Origin: Sphagnum compactum
Taxonomy: Eukaryota
Length of the DNA: 64,000 nucleotides
Direction of reading: 5' to 3'
NCBI GenBank assembly: GCA_965153455.1
Contig: OZ234493.1
Span: 8,236,213 to 8,300,212 of the forward strand
Shown: one piece after another, positions 35,353 to 47,990 of the stretch
Position numbering within the stretch: the stretch's first letter is position 1
How the letters are laid out: every line of letters begins with the position of its first letter
The notes under the pieces: generated by a model
The model's input: the letters and a program-made list of their open reading frames with translations, nothing else
What the model was told of the DNA's origin: nothing
Databases searched by the model: none
Translations under genes and position numbers: made by a program

Positions 35353-38300
35353 TCATAGATTGTCCAACCTTGCGGGATCTATTACCTCTTGGTTTGCCCT
35401 CAGCATAGACTGTGTTAGTCTTCGAGAAAAGCTTCCCCGCCGCACATTTGCAATCTCTGGCACAACACATTCCGCAGATGCTTGCAGTTGTGCATGACTT
35501 AGAACAGATGGTGACCAGACTGGAACTGCCCTGCCATCACTTTCCGCACTCTCACGAACTCCAGATTCAGCTGTGGAATTGAAATCCAAATCAAGACTTG
35601 GTGCTGCAGCCTGACCAGACTGGGATCTGTCTGCAAAACCTTGGACATGACCTTCAAGAGGACGTGAATGCCCAGCCATAGACAAGCCTGCTGAAGCAGA
35701 TGGAACAGATGGTGGCAATGCAGCAACGGCTTCCTCAATGTCCTCTTCAATAGGCATACTTTGGTGCAGGATGGATGCAGCAGCCTGCAGTTGAGATGTT
35801 GTAGGCAGAACTGGCACAAGCCTGTCTCTAAGGAAGCTACCTGAATGAGCGGGCCACTGTCTAACAACCACTGTATGTACATCCATTCTTTCATGGAAAG
35901 GGCCTCCTGTTCCTGGAACTTCAGTGGTTTCCCCAAGTCCTTCTTCCAGACCATTTGCAAGGATGGCTTTTGAGGCTGCCTCTCGTTCCCACATCTCTGC
36001 AAGTGAAGCTTGAAGCCTCTCTCTGGCAACCCCCATTTCCACAATAGGTCTGGGATAATTTGTTCCTAACTCAACCCCAGCAGCTCGAAGCGCAGTCAGA
36101 GGAGCATCCCATGGGTGGTGTATCCACTCAGTTGGTAATCTAGAGAGCTCCGGCAACCATCGTCGCACATATTCTCCATCTGGGTCAAACCTATATCCTT
36201 CAACCTGATGCACCATCATGTACCCATGTCAGTAGGCTGGAATAAATAATAACAGAAGGTAATGAAACTGAATCAGACAAGTTAGATTGAACAAAACATC
36301 CTTGTACCCCAACTGCAACCACTCCTACAATGACTCCCTCACAATTATCAAACACTGGCAACAACAATACCTGCGGATTATCCATTCGGTCCAGTTCATG
36401 ACCATCTGGCAAACTGCCGGATATATATTGCCAACCAAGGACATCACACTCCAAGTCCGCATCCAAAAGGGTGTCCCAGAAGTATTTCATTCCCCACCTC
36501 CAAGGCAGCTGCAAAAACTTCACAAAAAAGCTTGAAACTACAATTCGTATTCGGTTGTGCAACCACCCAGTGGCCCAAAGCTCTCGCATTCCAGCATCCA
36601 CCAATGGGTACCCTGTACGTCCTTGTCTCCATGCCTTGAAATAGGCCTCGTCCACACGCCATGGAAATGACTTCAAGTTGGCAAGCAGCGATCTCTCATG
36701 TGTGAAAGGGAAGTGGAAACTCAGATATCTGGAGTATTCTCGAAAGCCAATTGACCTTAAAAACAAGGTCACATTCTGCTCTCCCACAGCATTAGCCTCC
36801 CTGGTCCATGTGACTTGCTTTGTGCGCACCTCATAAAAAAGCTTCCGCACACTCAACTCCCCAAAATGCAGGTGAGGTGATAGGAGTGATGTGGTCACAC
36901 CATCTACCTTCTGCCGATTGGTTGCATACTCGAGCAAAGAGCCCTGAAGAAATGCTTCCAGTGACTTGTTGGCATAACTCCACCCAGGACACCATGCCCG
37001 AGCTAAAAGGGCGTTGCTACTCTTCTCAGACGAGTCTTCGAGACCCAACTCCTCAGCTGAGCAACTCAAGATCTTGCCTGGAAAAAATGAGGTTTTGTCA
37101 GTCCAGCCATTCAATATGCCTGCTCTACTTTCAACACCATTCAATGATTATATTCCTATCATCAGGAGCCCTCAACCCCTTTGAAAATAGGACAGTATTG
37201 AACAATCATGTGCCAAAGTGTGCATTAGAAACTGTAACACAGATGAACATGCATTATAGAGCATATTGATGATCACAGCAATGCAAAAAAGATGAATTCA
37301 GAAAAAAAGGCAGGACTTGGGGATGGCAAACACAGCCTTACTTCGTGCAGGGAGAATATGACCCAAACAAACCAGACATTCTCCCAAAGGGCTTACCTAT
37401 TGGTCCTGTCAATCGCCTTGGCGGTAGAACTGGGGCTTCAGGCTCATATGGTAAATTAAGACACTTCTGCCAATAAGCGTTGAATACTGTAAATGCTTGT
37501 CCGTTGTCATCATAAACTTGCCAAGGCTCATGGAGTAAATCTCCATTGAAGGTGTGAACAGAAATACCCTGCTCAGCCAATCCTTGCTTTACACTATGAT
37601 CCCTGACAAGTGACACAGGATCTGCAACCAAACCAAAGGCAGAGGTTTCTCTCAATTATGATCACCCATGAAGATTGAGCTTCCCCAAGACCACTGCAGC
37701 ACAATACTGCACTTACCTCAATTATCTTTGAGATAATTTGATCAAGTCCAGCTTGGACCAACACAGTAGGAATCCCAAGGAACATATACATCCACATAAA
37801 ATGAAAGTGCAGACAATCTCAACAACATGTATATATCCATGTGGAGACGAAATTCCACGTGGTTGGAATCCCTCAGCAAAACCCATGTACACAGAGTTGA
37901 GGTCAGAAGAAGTCCTAAAAAAGAAGCAACAACATCCTTTGAGATCTCCATGTCTAGAAGATCTCCATGAGAGTTCTTCAGTTTTGAGATGCAGTACTGG
38001 GGTCTAAATCAGATAGAAGAGAGGGACAGCAGGCAGCTGGAGAATGATGACTCATGAACTCACTCACCATAGAGATGATTGAAGAACACCTGAGTAGCTC
38101 CAGTTGCTTCCACAATCTCTAGAAGCATGCTCAGTGAATTGTGCGCCTTCCTCATAATCAAAGGAGAGCCTAATCTCCTGAGGGAAGTGTCTAGATGCAT
38201 CAAGCTTTGCTTCAGCCACCATCTTGAGACTCGGCCCGGATGGAACTGTCCGTCCTCCGCTGGACACCATATGAAGACAGGGATGACGGATCCTGATCTG

Positions 38301-38377
38301 GTAGCGGCAATTAGAGCCGGATTATCCTCCAGCCGGAGATCTCTTCTGAACCAAACTATGGAACTGCATGTCGCCAT
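35353..38377 (-). CDS. CRY1: Plant cryptochrome blue-light receptor (CRY1-type), ~697 aa
   Basis: Exons 38377-38068, 37621-37397, 37077-36371, 36204-35353 join in frame. Motifs SIVWFRRDLRLEDNPAL, TSLLSPHLHFGELSVR, WRQGRTGYPLVDAGMRELWATGWLHNR, DADLECDVLGWQY, DPDGEYVRRWLPEL, and C-terminal DAS-like DRLVP..acidic..STAES..VPVWSP. The exact C-terminus is uncertain if an alternative donor is used. Confidence 0.95.
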
Positions 38378-38766
38378 GATTCTCAAAACTCCGTTGTTTT
38401 TCGACACCGCTAATTATTCTTCCCAACTTGAGGCCATTGATCTAGTCTCCAGATTCTGCAACGCCGAATCTCTGCTGCTGCAAAGCTCAGAATCTCAGCC
38501 GCCTTCCTGCAGCCCTATGATTCTCTTTCAGGTTCCTATCTCCTCCTCCACCTCCAACATCCAGTCTTAACCCTATCGCGTTCTTTTGCGTGATGAAATC
38601 CCTAGTTTTCCGGAAGATTATAGCCTTATTCGACCGCCACCAGCTTCCCGAAGACGATGAGCACGTGTAGCAGCGGAAGCCTTCCCGGGTTCGCCTGACC
38701 CGGCCAGAAGGGGGTTCCTAGGAAATTTCAAGAGCTTCTCCTGCTGCTGCAATCGCCAGAGCCTCA

Positions 38767-38801
<35 letters not shown>

Positions 38802-40491
38802 ACGACATTTGTGAACTTCCTCAAGTGTAAACGTTCTTCATTTGACCCACACTCTCTTTCTCTTTCTCTTTCTTTCTCACCTGATGTGTCCGGGAGTGTG
38901 ATCTTCTGTGCACATCTTATAACAAGAGCTCGGATATGGCGGCAGCAGCAGCTTGTTCCTCCGCCACGGCAGGAAAGTAGTCAAGAAGCAAAAGTTCCCG
39001 CATCCAAACTCCTGGCACCGTATGGCCTATTCTATCTTGTTCGTCACGGGGGTGTGGTCTTTTTCTGTCGACCCTAAGGAATTAGCACGGAGATCCTCGA
39101 GATCACAGTTTCGTCAGTTATTGTTCCTCTACTGATTTTAAACAGAAGGAAGCACGACCCTTAATCATCCTCCTCCTCCTGCGATTCTTCCCTCGTCTCC
39201 TTCTAGTAGTTCTTCCTGTCGAGAGGCGAGAGCGGAGCTCAAAGCCCGGGGTACTCGGAAATCTTTCGCCACACCGGCGCCTTCATCGACGACGAAGAGG
39301 CAAACAAACGACGGAACAGACGTACGTGAAGCACGTCAAGCTAAGGAGCACCACAGCGACGACGATGACGATGATGACGAAGACGATGACGATGACGACG
39401 AAGGCGATTCCAATGACTCCTGTGGAAACAGAAAAAACCTATGGCGACCAACAACAGCAACAATATCAACAATATTATTAATTCATTTTTATTATCATCG
39501 CCATTAAACAAAACATAAACTGCACACAACTTAACTCACCTGCTCCTCACATTCTTTTTGGCAAAAAAATATCCCACAATTTAGGAAACTCCCGAACCTC
39601 AAAACCCCCGCCCCCCTGGGCCTCCCCCTCTGCCCCAAATTTGCCCCATTTTTTCGGTTAAAAAATAACCAAAATTCGACCCCAAAAACAAAACACTGGA
39701 CCTTGGAAAAAAAGTTTTTTTCTTTAGTGGCCAATTTTAGCGACTCTTTTTCTTTCTTTTTTTTTCTTTTTTTTCTTTTTCCCTTTTTTTTGGCACAAAC
39801 GGATTACAAACAAAATAAAATACATATTTTGGAATTCTTTAATAGTGTAAAATCGACTAATTTCGCAAATTTTCCGATTCGCCAAATTTTGATACACCAA
39901 AATTGGGAAAAACCAAAACAAAATAATAATATTAATTAATTAATTAATTAAATCAAACTTACCTGATGGAATAGTTGGAGCCAGTCACTTGTGGCGTGTT
40001 TTTTTTTTTTTTTGGCGAGTTTTCACTTTTTCTTTTTTTTGACCGGAGAAACATAATTTCCACACCATAATACAAAGGATTTTGGAGAGAAAAATGATTT
40101 TATTTTATATTTTTTTTAAAAGAAAAAAATCCCAGTAAGTGGGTAGTCAAAATATTAAAGGATTTTTTTTTCAATTTTTTTTCTCTTCGTCTGTAGCCAA
40201 ATTTGAGCCTCACAAAAAATCTACCATCCCTCCTCCTTCCTCCAGGGCCCATTTCTTTTACTTAAGAAGGGTGTGTTACAAAGGGATGTAATTATTTTTG
40301 TGCGCTTTTTTGCTTTGGTTTGGTGGAGGAGGAGAGGTAATAGGGGGGTCTTCTTTTTGTGGGGTGGGAGGGGGGGAGGGGAAATGTATAGCCCACACTT
40401 CCTTCCTAAGAGTAAGAAAGAAAGGGGGGAAGGGGGTTACGCCACTCCAATTGAAGGGCCTATGAAAATTCTTTTCTTTTAAAACAAGAAA

Positions 40492-40578
40492 GGGACTAGG
40501 CTAGGGACCTTAATTAGGACTAGACTAAGGACCTTAATTAGGACTGGACTAAGGACCTTACTTAGGACAAGACTAGGG
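40492..40578. repeat. 24-bp tandem repeat, ~3.5 copies
   Basis: GGACCTTAATTAGGACTAGACTAA unit repeated. Confidence 0.85.
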
Positions 40579-43500
40579 GTGGTGTGTCATTCCATAACTA
40601 TCATCTTGCACTTTGTGAAGAGAAAGGGCCCAAAAAAAAAAACAAAAAAAAAAAAAGAATATGTAGAAAGTATTGCGCCTCCCATTTTCATTCAATATCT
40701 ATAATAAATTTTTTTTGTCAAGGTATGAGTTTTGTAACTTGGAAGGCTCATAACTTTGTCATTTTGCATTTAAATTAAAATTTTTTGAAAGCAAACTTGT
40801 AAGTACATAAAATAAATCTTTCGAGAAACATATCAAGCTCTTCAATTCAACGAGAGATGATTGGAATGTTTGAGTAGTTGAAAATCACTTTGGCAATTTA
40901 AATCCCGACCACCCTTCAAACAACCATCGGAACTATTGCTACATATATTTGATTTAAAGACTAAGACACCATTTTATTATTATAATATTTTCACCCAAAA
41001 AAATTCAATTCTCTTAAAAAGAACCCAATTTGAGCAAAATTTGAATCCCACAAAATCATGATCCAAATCCAATGTGTGATCCACCCTTTTGCTCATATGA
41101 CAAGGAAGTATGAGACCCAATTGGATTTTTACAAATTTTAATTACTTTCTATTGGTTTTTAAGATGGGTAAGAAGAAGGCTCCTCATTTTTATGTGTTAT
41201 GGGTGTAAGCTCCTTACATACAAAAAGGTGAATAGTCCTAATTTTAGTTTTAGGTGGATATTCGGAAATTTCAAATATTAGACATGGATATATCACTTTG
41301 GATATTCAAAATGATATTTTGACCCTTGGATTTCAAAAATAGGAAATCTAGTCAATTAATATTATGAATGAATTTTTAAATCAAAATTTGAACAATAAAA
41401 TCAAAATTTGTGCCCAAATTTGAATATCAATCAATATTCACAATAAGCCTAGGAGCTAGAACATCAATTTGAGAAATAAAAATGAAAACATGATTTTGGA
41501 GGGCTAGGGCTTCAATATGAGGGGAAAGAAAGTAGATAATGTTTTGGAAACCAAATATACATTGAACTTTAAATCCAAGGGGTTATAAACGAGCCAAGCT
41601 CCATTTGTGGGCCTCACTTTTTTTTTCTTTTAAAAAAAATATATATTATTATTATTATTATTTTGTCAATTATTTTGTCTTCTTGTTTTCCTTCCTATTT
41701 TTTATTTTTCACCATTTTTTTTGTTTGTTATTCGTCCTTATGATTTTCCTTTTTTTTCCCCAAAGCTAATGCTCCATATTCTTCTTTGGATTGTTGCTTC
41801 ATTTTTTAGGCATACATGTGCGCCCCCTAATCATACAATTGAACAATAGTTTCATTATTATTAAAAAAAAAATTGGCCTATATTGGGTTACATATTGTAT
41901 GTGATAACTAGCTATGTAGTTTCTTTAAAAAAGGTGGAAAAGAGTTGGGAGGTGAGTTTCTTGGTAATAACAAAGTAAATTTTTCATTTATTATTTATTT
42001 TTGTGTTTTTTTCTATGTGTTTTGTTTCAGTTTCCTTTCCTTTGTTCATTTTTCGGTTTGTTTTGGTCTTTTTCTACTTCTTTTTTTGTGCCATTATAGA
42101 TGGTTTTTTAACATGCTCATTATTTTTTGTTTTTCTTATTTTTTCTATTTGTTTTGTTTGCATTTTATTGGTTTTAAAAAAAATTACTAATGGCCTATTT
42201 TTGTTTTCGTGGTTGTTGTGTAGGGCTTATATACAACATTTTATTTTACTTTATTACATTATAAAGTGAACTAAACTTACATTGCACATCATAGTAAACC
42301 TTGAACTCTAAACCCACATCGCTAATTTGTTTTGAATAGATTTTTTTGCTTGTAAAAGTTTGCATCACATTTTTTTAGGTGTGCATAACAATAACAATAT
42401 CTTTGATAATGTTTTTAAGACATTTTTTTATTTGAGTTTTGTCCATCATTGGCTTTGTAGAGCACTTGTGTGAAAAATGAAAATGAAAATCAAGGAATGC
42501 AAAATGATAAAGTAATAACATTCGTAAGTGAAATTGAAAAAGTGGAAGGACTTGAAACAAACTCAAGTTTGCAAACTAAGTGTAGTAGAATCTTAAGAGT
42601 AAATGAAGAAAATATACAAATTAAAAGGAAAAAAATTAAATAAATTTTGTAATAGTTGCATCTAAAAAAAGAAAGTGACAATCGGATAGCATGAATGTTT
42701 TATGTTGATGTTTTTATTGTATTAATGATCGTAGGGTGGGTTGTAATTCATTTTTTTAGTTTGATAGAGTTGATTGAGTCTAATGCTACACTAGAGGAAG
42801 AGTTAGAAGAGTATGAGAGCAAATTTGAAAGATATTAAATTTTAAACTTGTAATTTTATCTCGATGAATTATTGGATTGAAATTGTTGTATCATGTTATT
42901 TGAAAGATTTGGATATCTTAGCATTATTGAAGTTTTAAAATAACATCAAATTAATTTTATATCTCAGAAAAAAATTCCATTAAAGTTTTAATTTATTTCA
43001 AAATTGACATGTTTTATTTTAATCAATTCTTGCATAATCTTTCAAATCAATATTTTAAGAATCTCATTTTAATAAGATTCAAAAGAATTGAAGCTAATTA
43101 TAAGCATGTTTATCAAACAAATTTCAATTAAAAAACTAATCAAATGACTTTTTTTTTACATTTCATAGTGATATGAAACCTTGTGATACAAAAAGGCAAG
43201 TCACAACCCGAAAAAATAAAATGATATAAAGGCATGATTGAATCAATTACCCAACATTCATATTTTGAAAACAAACCCAACAAATAGATGAGAAGACTTC
43301 AAAACAACCCATCAATTGGATGGGTGCACCCAAAATCTACACATGTGCATCCATTACCTTGGGGCAATTGCATATGCAAAATTATTATTCAGAAGGTTGT
43401 TGTTTCCATAGTAGGAATCAAAATCATGGTTGAATTAAAAAGAAAAATAAAATAAAAATTGTTCATAGTATTTTTCCTTGGGCTTAAGAAATAAGTATAA

Positions 43501-44471
43501 GTGTCATGTCGGTTGGTTTTTGGCTTTTAAAAGAATTTAATGAAGCCTATTAATTATCATCAGGTCAAGGCAAGGCTGATTTTAGGGTTTTATGATGAGA
43601 CGACATGACTCCAAAATTCAAATGAAATTGTGCCACAAAGAATTAATTGGAAAAGCAAGGACCAAGATCCCATGTTCCAAAAATATTGGTGATGGGCCAA
43701 TCAAATGGCTCTTCCAAAAAAAAATTAAAAAAATACTAAATTGCGGGGGCACCCCTCTCACTAATTAATTAGAAGCATGAATAAGTACCCCCTAGTTTAT
43801 AATATGCTACCACAAAAAAAAAAATTTGGGGGCAAGAGGACCAACTTGATTGCATGATCTCACCAAATAAAGTGAAAAAAAAAAGTAAAAAAGTGAGGTC
43901 TCCTATTTACATTAGCAGATTTTCTTTTTAAAAATTCAAACTACATTATTTCAAAATCTTCATGAAAGGAAATTATCACCTTCTAAGAGATATTTTGACT
44001 ACTTTAAAATTTTAAAAAAAGCCTACATATACTTTTACATTATATAATTTCAGGTTTGAATTTTATGTTTTAAAAAGCTGATTTACTTCTAATTATGAAA
44101 ATAGCAAACCTGATTTTGGTCCAGTTCGAGGGTAACCTAGGCTGGAACCAATGGTTAACTGTTGGTTAGCCCTTGGTAATATAAGGTTATTATTTTAACA
44201 ACCAAACCCAAAACCAGGTTCCTAGTTTTTATTTATGTGTGGAATTGGACCAAAATCAAGTCTGATTTTCAAAATCAAAATCAGAATTTTATTATTTGTG
44301 AGAATCAATAAATTGAAAATGGAAGCGCTTCGTCATACGTTTTGGAAGTATTTGGCCTTTGAGAAAAAAACACTAGAAAAAAAGCAATTTAAACGAGGCC
44401 TTTAAACGAAGGTCCAAGACCCAAAAGTGGCAAATTGAGGCTAAACCTACATGGCACCTGTTTTGGAGGGA

Positions 44472-44596
44472 AAATCAAATAATATCGTAGAAATAGAATT
44501 TGGGAGGAAATATTCAACGTATTGGGTATCTCTTACTAAACGAATTTTTGCTTCCATTTGAACTTCTTTCTATGATTCTTTTAGTTGCTCTAATAG
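44472..44596 (+). pseudogene. ndhG: Nuclear plastid DNA insertion (NUPT): ndhG 3' fragment
   Basis: NIQRIGYLLLNEFLLPFELLSMILLVALI matches the plastid NdhG C-terminal motif (IG..L...F.LPFEL.SIILLVALIGA); truncated at both ends. Confidence 0.8.
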
Positions 44597-44699
44597 TGCA
44601 AGGATGGAGAGGTCTTTGTTGCCCTTCGATAGAGTGAGTATACTTAACAAATAGACGAGATTGTAGCACCGTGGAAATTGATTGATCAATATGCATCGA

Positions 44700-44768
44700 T
44701 GTTCATTTTAAACGTAGTCAATTTTTCTTTATTGGCGTTGTGTTATCATATGAGTAATGGAATTCGTT
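44700..44768 (+). pseudogene. sdh3: Nuclear mitochondrial DNA insertion (NUMT): sdh3 fragment
   Basis: FILNVVNFSLLALCYHMSNGIR matches bryophyte mitochondrial Sdh3 as recalled (FILS.VN.TLLALCYHMSNGVRHL); stops abruptly before HLLWD. Confidence 0.75.
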
Positions 44769-45189
44769 CAGACCAAAAAATAGTGCTAAAAGGAGAGCTC
44801 CTGATTGGGAGAACCAAGAATCAGGCTAGGGATCAAGGTATAGTCCAACTCAAGGATTCAATTTGCTTCAAATTAGTCCAAATTGGTTCCTCGGAAATTG
44901 GACCCTTGACCCTCGTCTAAAGTGGGCCTTGGTGGGTAAGATGAATGCCCTTCGAAAAACACTTGGACAAATTTCTTAGTGTATTTGGAGGGCACTTTAA
45001 AACCATGAATACTAATGGACCCTTGTTTCATTGGCCCAAGTGTGATTATTTTCAAGGTTCTAAGGGATGCAATTTTCTAGAAAATCTCTTAAAAGTCTTA
45101 AGAGACTAATGTGAAAAGGTAATAGTGGGAAAAGGCAAATAGGATGACCAACAAGAAATTTTCATGTGGTGTGAAAGTGCAAACAAAAG

Positions 45190-45715
45190 GATTAATATGA
45201 TGATGAGGCAAGGATTAGTTGAAATGCTTCAAATGTTATTGGTCAAAAAATATGAAACAAATGTGAATAGTAGTCATTACTTGTTCAAATGTGAATTCAA
45301 ATGTCATTGGCTCCCAAGTGGTAAGGTTTGGGAAACGAAAGGGGCAAACACAAGTAACAATATGGTTGAAGTGGCATTGATTGATTGAGTGTTACTAATC
45401 AAAATGTGAAACAAGTGTGAACATGACACCTTATTGGTTTAAATGTGAATTCAAAATGTCATTGGCCCCAATTGTTAAGGTTTAGTATGTAAAATGATAA
45501 ATTAAAAAGGTCAATATGATGAAAAAGCATTGATTGGTTGAAATGGCTCAAGTGTTATTGACCAAAGTGTGAAGCAAGTGCAAACACAACCCCTTATTGG
45601 TCCAAATGTGAACTCAAATGTCATTTGGCCCCAACTATTAAGGCTTGGGGATGAGGAAAGACAAAAAATCAAAAATCAAAAATCAATATGATCAAGAGAA
45701 ATTGATTGGTTGGAA
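45190..45715. repeat. Degenerate ~155-165 bp tandem repeat, ~3 copies
   Basis: AAATGTGAA(T/C)TCAAATGTCATTGG..CCAA....TAAGG recurs at ~45288, ~45441 and ~45604. Confidence 0.75.
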
Positions 45716-47689
45716 AACAATCAATTTAATAAGTTTTAATTAATTTTAACTCACAAAAATCATTCTAAATTCAATCAATCTTGCTTTGTTGATTTGAAAT
45801 TTATGAAAATGACCATTGTGCACACCACCTGATCAAGAGCTTTCACATAGTACCAAAAGTGCAACAAGGGCTTGCATAGTTCACAAGGTTAAAGGTGGTC
45901 ACAAACAAAGCAAAACAAAACAAACACATATTTTAATATAGATCCTTCCTAGTATCACCTCGTGATCTACCTATGCTTGGGTGTAGAAGGTTCACCTTGT
46001 GTTTTAAAGTGGGTTAGATTAATGAGTGGGTGACATTCTCAATATGTGGCCCTAGATTCAACTATTCGTCCTTGGCTTCATATTTTGAAAATCCTCTCCC
46101 ACCATCACCCCCCCTTTCACACCTTATCTTGAAACCACCTATTGAGAAAGGTTCAAGTGTGATGTTTTTGAAGTTAGTTCTAGTGCAATTGCTATCATAA
46201 TTAGAGCATTTCCATCATAAGTACTAAATTTATCTTTTATGTTAAATTAGTTTAATGATAAATGTGATTGTGTTCTCATTCATAAACATTAAAAATTACA
46301 ACTGAGCAACTTCTTATTGTTCTACATGCAAACCAATCATAAACATCAATGAATCATAATGTTTACTTGTTTTCAAAGGGTTGGTTTTGAACACAACACC
46401 TTAAGAAAATTTGGTGCACAACAAAGGTCACACAACACAACATTAAAACAACCCATGGAAGCATTTCACACATATTCTATTATATGGTTACAATATTAAA
46501 TGCATTTCAAGTTTCAACCAAGACATATTCGTGTAATTAAGGTATGACCTAGTATCAATTTGATTCAAGTTTATGTTATATCTAATGGTAAATGTGTTGA
46601 TTGGGTTGAACAAATTCAATTAACTATTAAAAAAGGACATGGTTGACATTTCTACCATTGGTTCTTCTTTTGGAGATAATCATTTATGTGTTAAGGAATA
46701 AATTTTTAGATCCCACTAAAGAACTTGGCCCTTTCATCATTACTTTTTTTTGTTGAAAATACTATTACAATTCATGGTTTTAAAAATTGTCCAAGTTGAT
46801 TACCATGTTAACCTTCGACTAGAGACTTATGGCTTGAATGATATGTGCATTTTTTGACTAATGAACTTGATTACAATGACCCATTTGATTATTTACCAAA
46901 TTGCACATCCAATCAAATTGAATAAAAAATTGACCACTTTGGTCAAAATGATCAATGAGTTCTAATCAAATGGGACAATTAGTCAAGTTGAACAAAACAA
47001 AACAACATTTTTGGGGGTGCAAGTAAGGTAAAGTAAACAACTCACTATTCTATGTTAAAAAAATTTACAAGTAGGCATGAAAACGTTTTAATGTGTTGAG
47101 AGTAAAAATTTTATTTTGTACAATAATTAATGTGATAATAATCTTTCATTTTATATTTAAAAATTTGAAAAACCCCTTCTTAAAAATAAAATTAAGTAAA
47201 AAATTTTAAAATATTTTTACTTGCACAAATTGTCTGATCTTACAAAATGGGCTACATGTAAATGAAATATTGTTTTTTTTAAAATTCAAATTAACGGGGC
47301 CCTAAAAGATACTTATGCATTGTCAAATTATGCAGGTTATAATCATAATATATCAAAATTTTATTATGAAGTAGGTTTGAACACCATATTGACCTAGTTA
47401 ATTTCAAATGTACTTTCAACCTATTTTTATGATACCAAAGTTGTTCAAACTTTGTATCCAACTTCCCATAAATTAAATGTAGTGACTTATGTTTTCATAT
47501 TTCTACTTTAAGATATTTTGAATCTACTTTCTTACATGCATATTAAAAAAAATTCCATTTTCAAATTGGATTTTGGGTAGACTATTTTTTTATTTATTTT
47601 ATCTTGCTGACACCTTTGGTCAAAATGACCACTAAATTTTTAATCAAATTGGACATCCTATGTAGTTAACAAGTCAAGTTGGCTAATTT

Positions 47690-47990
47690 TACCTAAGCTA
47701 GGTAAGTAGCCTAGGTTACCTACCTACCTATCTAGGTTAAATAGGTAAACCTAAGTAGGTAGGTCACTAAAGCCTATTTACCTACCTTTTACATAAGTTA
47801 AGTAAATAGCCTAGGTCTACCTACCTAATTATTACATAAATCAAGTAGGTAAATTTAAATAAGCAAGTAACATAAGCCTATTTACTTGTTTAGGCCTAAC
47901 TACCTACCTGTGTGTTTACCTAATTATTACCTAAGCTAACTAGGTAATCTAAATTTACTGACATACCCACTTACTTCTTCTACTTATCTA
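47690..47990. repeat. TAGG/CCTA-rich low-complexity repeat (also near 9600, 22900, 24310-24580, 59980, 61640, 63000)
   Basis: Dense TACCTACC/GGTAGGTA/CCTAGG motifs in both orientations. Confidence 0.7.

Noticed and set aside
35499-36044. 181-aa alternative-frame ORF within CRY exon 4, plus antisense ORFs over CRY, HIR, WDR92 and MAPKK exons
   Set aside because: Shadow ORFs of real coding exons; no independent homology recognised.
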